Origin: a virus | Strand: one strand, 5' to 3' | Virus record (IMG/VR): IMGVR_UViG_3300037804_000367 | Location: 1 to 64,000 of that record | Length of the DNA: 64,000 nt | Shown: in pieces, positions 59,503 through 64,000 of the stretch | Layout of the letters: the number at the start of each line of letters is the position of its first letter | Numbering within the stretch: position 1 is the stretch's first letter | The notes under the pieces: model-generated | The model's database searches: none | Seen by the model: the letters and a program-made list of their open reading frames with translations, nothing else | Told to the model about the DNA's origin: nothing | Made by a program: the position numbers and the translations under genes

Positions 59503-62500
59503 TTAATATCGTTTTAAGATTGAATCAAATACAAATTTTGGTAAAGGGATTCGATTTCGATTGTCATTGTAATATTGACCTTCACCTTTCTCTCCAGTAC
59601 TTTCATACCAATCAACTCTATAAGATCCTTCATCAGTTTTTTCAATTACTTTAAAAATTGTTTCTGGAATAGTTTCATCAGTGCCAATCAAAGTCTCGTG
59701 AGGGTTTAACCAATAGGTACCTGGTTCCATTTGTGTCTTACCGTGAGGGAAGTCTTTCAAAATTAAGCTCCTTTTTTAAAGTAAACAGCATTGATTCTGG
59801 TTTCGGTTTCATGCCAAATGATTCCGTCAATAAAGTTCCATTGTTCAATCCAAACCTTCTCAGTTGGGTCATTAGCTAATTTGATAAGAGAATTGATCTT
59901 ACGAGAAACAGCTTTGTCGCTGACTTCATCTTCTGTGATTTTATATCCACGATCTATGCTTTGCTGTTCAACTTCACTAGACTTGTATTTGTAATTTCCA
60001 TTACATCCGCACATGCAACCTAGATTCCCACTATAAGAACTATGGATAGTAGATTTTAATTCGTTGATCATTTCCTGGCTTGCTTCAATTTTGACAGCTT
60101 CTTTCATTTTCAATTCCTTTTATTTTCTTACCTATTATACTATACGCCCTTAAATAGATAAGTCAACATGAAACGTAAATTAATCTTTGTAAAGTTTAGT
60201 AACAGAAGTGTCCGCATATACTATTTTTTGAGGACTCGTTACTCTGAGATCTTCGCCTAAAAGTTTGTACACTAATTGGTGGTTATGGCCACCACCCCAA
60301 TTTTGCTCAGATTCTGTATCTACTGTAATACCATGTTTTAGTTGAAGATCTTTTAGTTCTTTCTTAAATGCATCTAGGCGGGTTTTATATTCGCCTCTTA
60401 CTTGAGATAATATTTTCATTTTACAGACATCCAGTTATAACTGCTGTTTCATATGAACGATCAGACTTTTTGTGTTCTTGTGTTGGATTGTTCTTTCTTT
60501 CTTGTGCACACATTTCATAGATTGCATTTTCTTCGCGAATCTCTTGCTCGAGTTCTTCCTGTGTCAGCTCTATATCGAATTTCCACAACATCCACTGTTT
60601 ATAAACTTTACTGCTAGCAGAAGGCATTGGCGATGCATAGAATTTTAAATTTAAGTATTGTCTTTTTAAGAATTTTATCATCATCTGTTTCCTTTTAATG
60701 TTTATCTTTTTTACCTGTTCTAATATACACCCTGAACTAGATAAGTCAACATCAAAAGGTAATTATTTATCCAAATGTTTTCTCATTTGTTTAAAAAGTT
60801 TCTGTTCCTCGTGCCAATCATCATACTTCTGTTTTGTCGAAAGACAAATATCTTTCTTTTTCATTGACTTCTTCACCCAGTCCTTTCCATAGTGTATAAA
60901 TGTTCTCAGTTCTGTTTTAAAATAGAACTGATCTTTTTCAAACTTTTCACATTTACAAATCATGTAATTTTTACCACCCCACTTTACCCTGAAGTATTTA
61001 CCTATCCATTTTTTATTCCCACCATACTTTTTCATCGATAATTGCTGAATAAATTTTGCATAAACTTTTGTTGATCTTCAGACCCTTCCCAACAAGCTTC
61101 ACATCTCATATGCTTATTTTGAATCAATGCATCATTACATTTGATACAAATTTCCTTAGTGGGTTTTGCGGATTTAACTTTCATGGTGACATCACGATCG
61201 TCATCAAAGGTGCTACATGATGACCACGCGACAGTATTGATACTGCCTTTTTTAGCTAAGTCTTTTTTATCTCTACACACCACTCTTACTTTCTGAGTGA
61301 ATGTAAACTCGACATCATATACTTTGTATTCATCTTTTTTACTCATTTTTAATTTCCTTTAATCTATTTTTCATGAAGTAGAGTATTTAATTTAAACTGC
61401 ATCTAGTGCCTTCTTCATTTTCGGATCATCCCAACCTGGATTATCGTCTATGTATTTTACCATCACAAAATTAAGCTTCTTCTCATCGTGCTCTTCTTGT
61501 GTACATGACACATATTGCATTACAAAATCTTTCAATGAAAGTGTAATCATATTGTTGTTCATTCCTTGAAATGTAATACAAGTAGTGTTTTCATTTCCGT
61601 CGAAGTAGAAAGTTTTTACAACGTTTACGATTGAAATATATTGATACATCTTAGTTGAAAACCTTGTTTGATCTTCAATCGACTTCCAGTATTTTTGTGA
61701 AATATCCATGTTGTTCCTAGTTTAAATAATGAGCCATCTTTTTATCAAGTACAAACCTGTCAAATTGTTCCTTTGTTATTTCATAAAATGATTTATGTTT
61801 TACGAGTGACATGAACCACTTAACTCCCATTGACAGTGATAGCATATCAGGAGTCTGTATGAATACAGAAGTGCTAGTTATTTTATGAATAAAAATACAA
61901 TCATGAAACGTGGTTGAATTAAAATACTTGTTTTTGTATTTTTTATTAAGGTGTTTTATTCGTAACGCTTTTGATTTTCTTTTTTGTGTTTTAGATTTCA
62001 TTACAAGTGCTTTTTCATTTCTCGTTCTAATTTAAATTCTTGTATTTCTGTTTTACTTATTTTACAATCATGTGGGTGTTCTCCAAATCGATCAGACAAA
62101 TTAGCATGCCCAGACCAGACCTGTCCTTTTGTAAACAACTCAATGCGTCCGTCTTCGAATTGTCGCATTAGAAACTTACTTTGTGGATTGTGAAATGTTC
62201 TGAAAAAGTAAATCATTTTGTTTTAAATTTTACTTTACATTTCTTTGCTTCGGGAATATATAGATCATCATCGGACAGTATACTCATGGTATCTAACTCT
62301 CCATCACACCATTCAATAGCTAAAAAGATATCATCTATCTTTTTATAAGTGTGAAAATATAGAGACGGTTTAGGATCATCTCGTTCGCCCATTGGCCATT
62401 CATATGTTTTGTTTACTTTAAGCACTTTTAAAATCCTCGTGTAGACCTGCTAATCCAATTTTAACAGAATGTAAATGGTTTTTGATTAGAGAGCAAACAT

Positions 62501-63623
62501 AGCCAGTTTGATCAATAGGTTTTTTGGGAATCATTTCAGGTTGGTTTATACGTTTGGCCATCCATGTCATAACTTCATGAGTGCATTCGTTCATTACCTT
62601 AAACGCAATTTTGTCACTGACTTCCTGTTCGATCAATGCTAGTGCAACTTGCTTTCCGATTATATAAATAGGTGAACAGTCATTTGTATTAAAACCAGGT
62701 TTAAAATGATCAGCTAATGCCTTCTCGATTTTATTCTCTAACCGTTTGATTTTTTTCTTTTCCAACATTCTCTGATGATTTCTGATGTTCTCTTTTTTGG
62801 AACTCATATTAATCGTCCTGTTATTTTTTACCTATTCTAATATACACCCTTAACTAGATAAGTCAACTACAAATCAAATGTTTTTTCATCGTTTGTTCTA
62901 AAATGTGAGTGGTCACTTCTGCCTTTTTTACAATAGTGCATTGTTTAAGTATTGATTTGTCAGCTGACCATTTAATAACCCACTGCAAGGTTTGTTCGTT
63001 TAAGCTAAAGATATTTTTATGTTCTGTTCTTAAATATCGTATTTCATTCTCAACTACAAGGCTACCACTTGCGGTAGTACCATACAATCTTCTTTTGCGC
63101 TTATAATATTTCATGACAAGTGTTCCTTCATTTTACGATCTAATATATACTGATCATACTTGAGTTTTGAAATTTCCTTTATTTGATTATATTCCAAATT
63201 AGTATGAATAAATTCTGCTGAATCGCCATAGCTATTAGGTATAGTGAAAGGACTTTCAAAATAAAACGTGTTATTATTATAACCAGTACATTGATAACAT
63301 GGGTCACCGTGATAATAAAACATCTGAAAGAATTTACCAATAAGTAGTTTACTTTTATTGTCAATTGTATCTTGATGAGATTTCATTTTGATAAAGGTCT
63401 TTGCTTGGTTGTAAAATTGTTTAGTTGTAGGCTTGTACAATTTTTCGAAATCTCGAACAGATTCTACAAACACAAATCCATTACAACATTTTAAAGTAAC
63501 CCACTCGTGTAAAGCATTTTCATCATGGTCCCAATTAGTATCATATTGCTCTAATGTTACTGCGACACAAACATCGTGGTCATGAGAGGTCCAATATGAT
63601 TTTAACAAATTATTATAGTTCAT
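59503..63623 (-). other. Run of small hypothetical early CDS (59503, 59763, 60180, 60421, 60763, 61032, 61392, 61717, 62001, 62213, 62418, 62863, 63111)
   Basis: Coupled ORFs under the early promoters at 60161, 60744 and 62861. 60763, 61717, 62001, 62863 and 63111 carry the C-terminal motif. Confidence 0.6.
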
Positions 63624-63991
63624 ATTAAATGCTCACTCATCTTTTCTTCTAATTGCTGTTCAATAATTTGTTGCTTGGAATGATCGAATCTATTTTCATC
63701 ATACCATTTGTCTATGTGCTGTAGACAGTGCCTCTGAAGGTAACCACCAAATTGCAACACTTTTGCACCTGGTCTTATATTCCATTTGTATGACAAGTAT
63801 TCAGATGCTAGTTCACCGAACCTCAAACCATTCCAATCGAAAGTGTCACTATTAAACCATTTATCAAAATGATCACTGCAATGAATACACAACATACTCA
63901 CTGAAGTTAATGGGAATGTTTGTTCAGAGTACCACTCGTCAAAGTGACGAGCATTAGCTGAGAACCATTCATTTGTGTATTCAATTTTCAT
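63620..63991 (-). CDS. HFDKWF-repeat protein with MSEHL tail
   Basis: HFDEWY, HFDKWF and HIDKWY repeats. Confidence 0.75.
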   Translation of the reverse strand: MKIEYTNEWFSANARHFDEWYSEQTFPLTSVSMLCIHCSDHFDKWFNSDTFDWNGLRFGELASEYLSYKWNIRPGAKVLQFGGYLQRHCLQHIDKWYDENRFDHSKQQIIEQQLEEKMSEHLI

Positions 63992-64000
63992 TAGTTTAGA

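Noticed and set aside
1100-62193. Most plus-strand and nested ORFs in the track (e.g. 1100, 3555, 8018, 9556, 12162, 20315, 29581, 32925, 34521, 39162, 54891, 57779)
   Set aside because: They are antisense shadows of real genes or of tRNAs, with no RBS or motif.
47313-63991. The MxKHL tag as a DNA recombination site (integron-like attC)
   Set aside because: Third codon positions and Ser codon families vary freely and there is no palindrome, so conservation is at peptide level.
1-64000. Alternative genetic code or stop-codon reassignment
   Set aside because: Long known genes (nrdA, ligA, helicase) are intact in the standard code, and no CTA/TTA/TCA-anticodon tRNA was found. The TGA-anticodon tRNA at 30597 is an ordinary Ser(UCA) decoder, not Sec.

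Overview
AT-rich segment of a large lytic dsDNA phage with a T4-type replisome (gp32-like SSB, probable sliding clamp, DnaB/gp41-like helicase). It has T4-type late promoters (TATAAATA) and a highly conserved sigma70-type early promoter (14 copies seen). Nearly all genes are on the minus strand. 1-26.5 kb holds nucleotide/NAD metabolism and replication genes: start of a probable NAMPT, NMNAT-Nudix, nrdAB, HPRT, QueE, NAD-dependent ligase, Pth2, a sulfotransferase and a GT-sulfotransferase fusion, two paralogous antisense homing endonucleases and a candidate unimolecular spanin. 27-36 kb is an RNA island: a ~600-nt ornate ncRNA (ROOL/GOLLD-like), 26 canonical-looking tRNAs covering all 20 amino acids, about 8 aberrant tRNA-like RNAs, 3 HNH endonucleases and an rrn-type boxA leader. 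44.4-46.4 kb is a largely non-coding, repeat-rich candidate origin. 47-64 kb is a dense array of small early genes. The most striking observation is that more than 20 of these small proteins, from several unrelated folds, end in the same C-terminal peptide (M-x-[K/E]-H-L), encoded with synonymous codon variation. This suggests a shared docking or targeting tag, i.e. a modular adaptor system. All family assignments are by eye from motifs; no searches were run.
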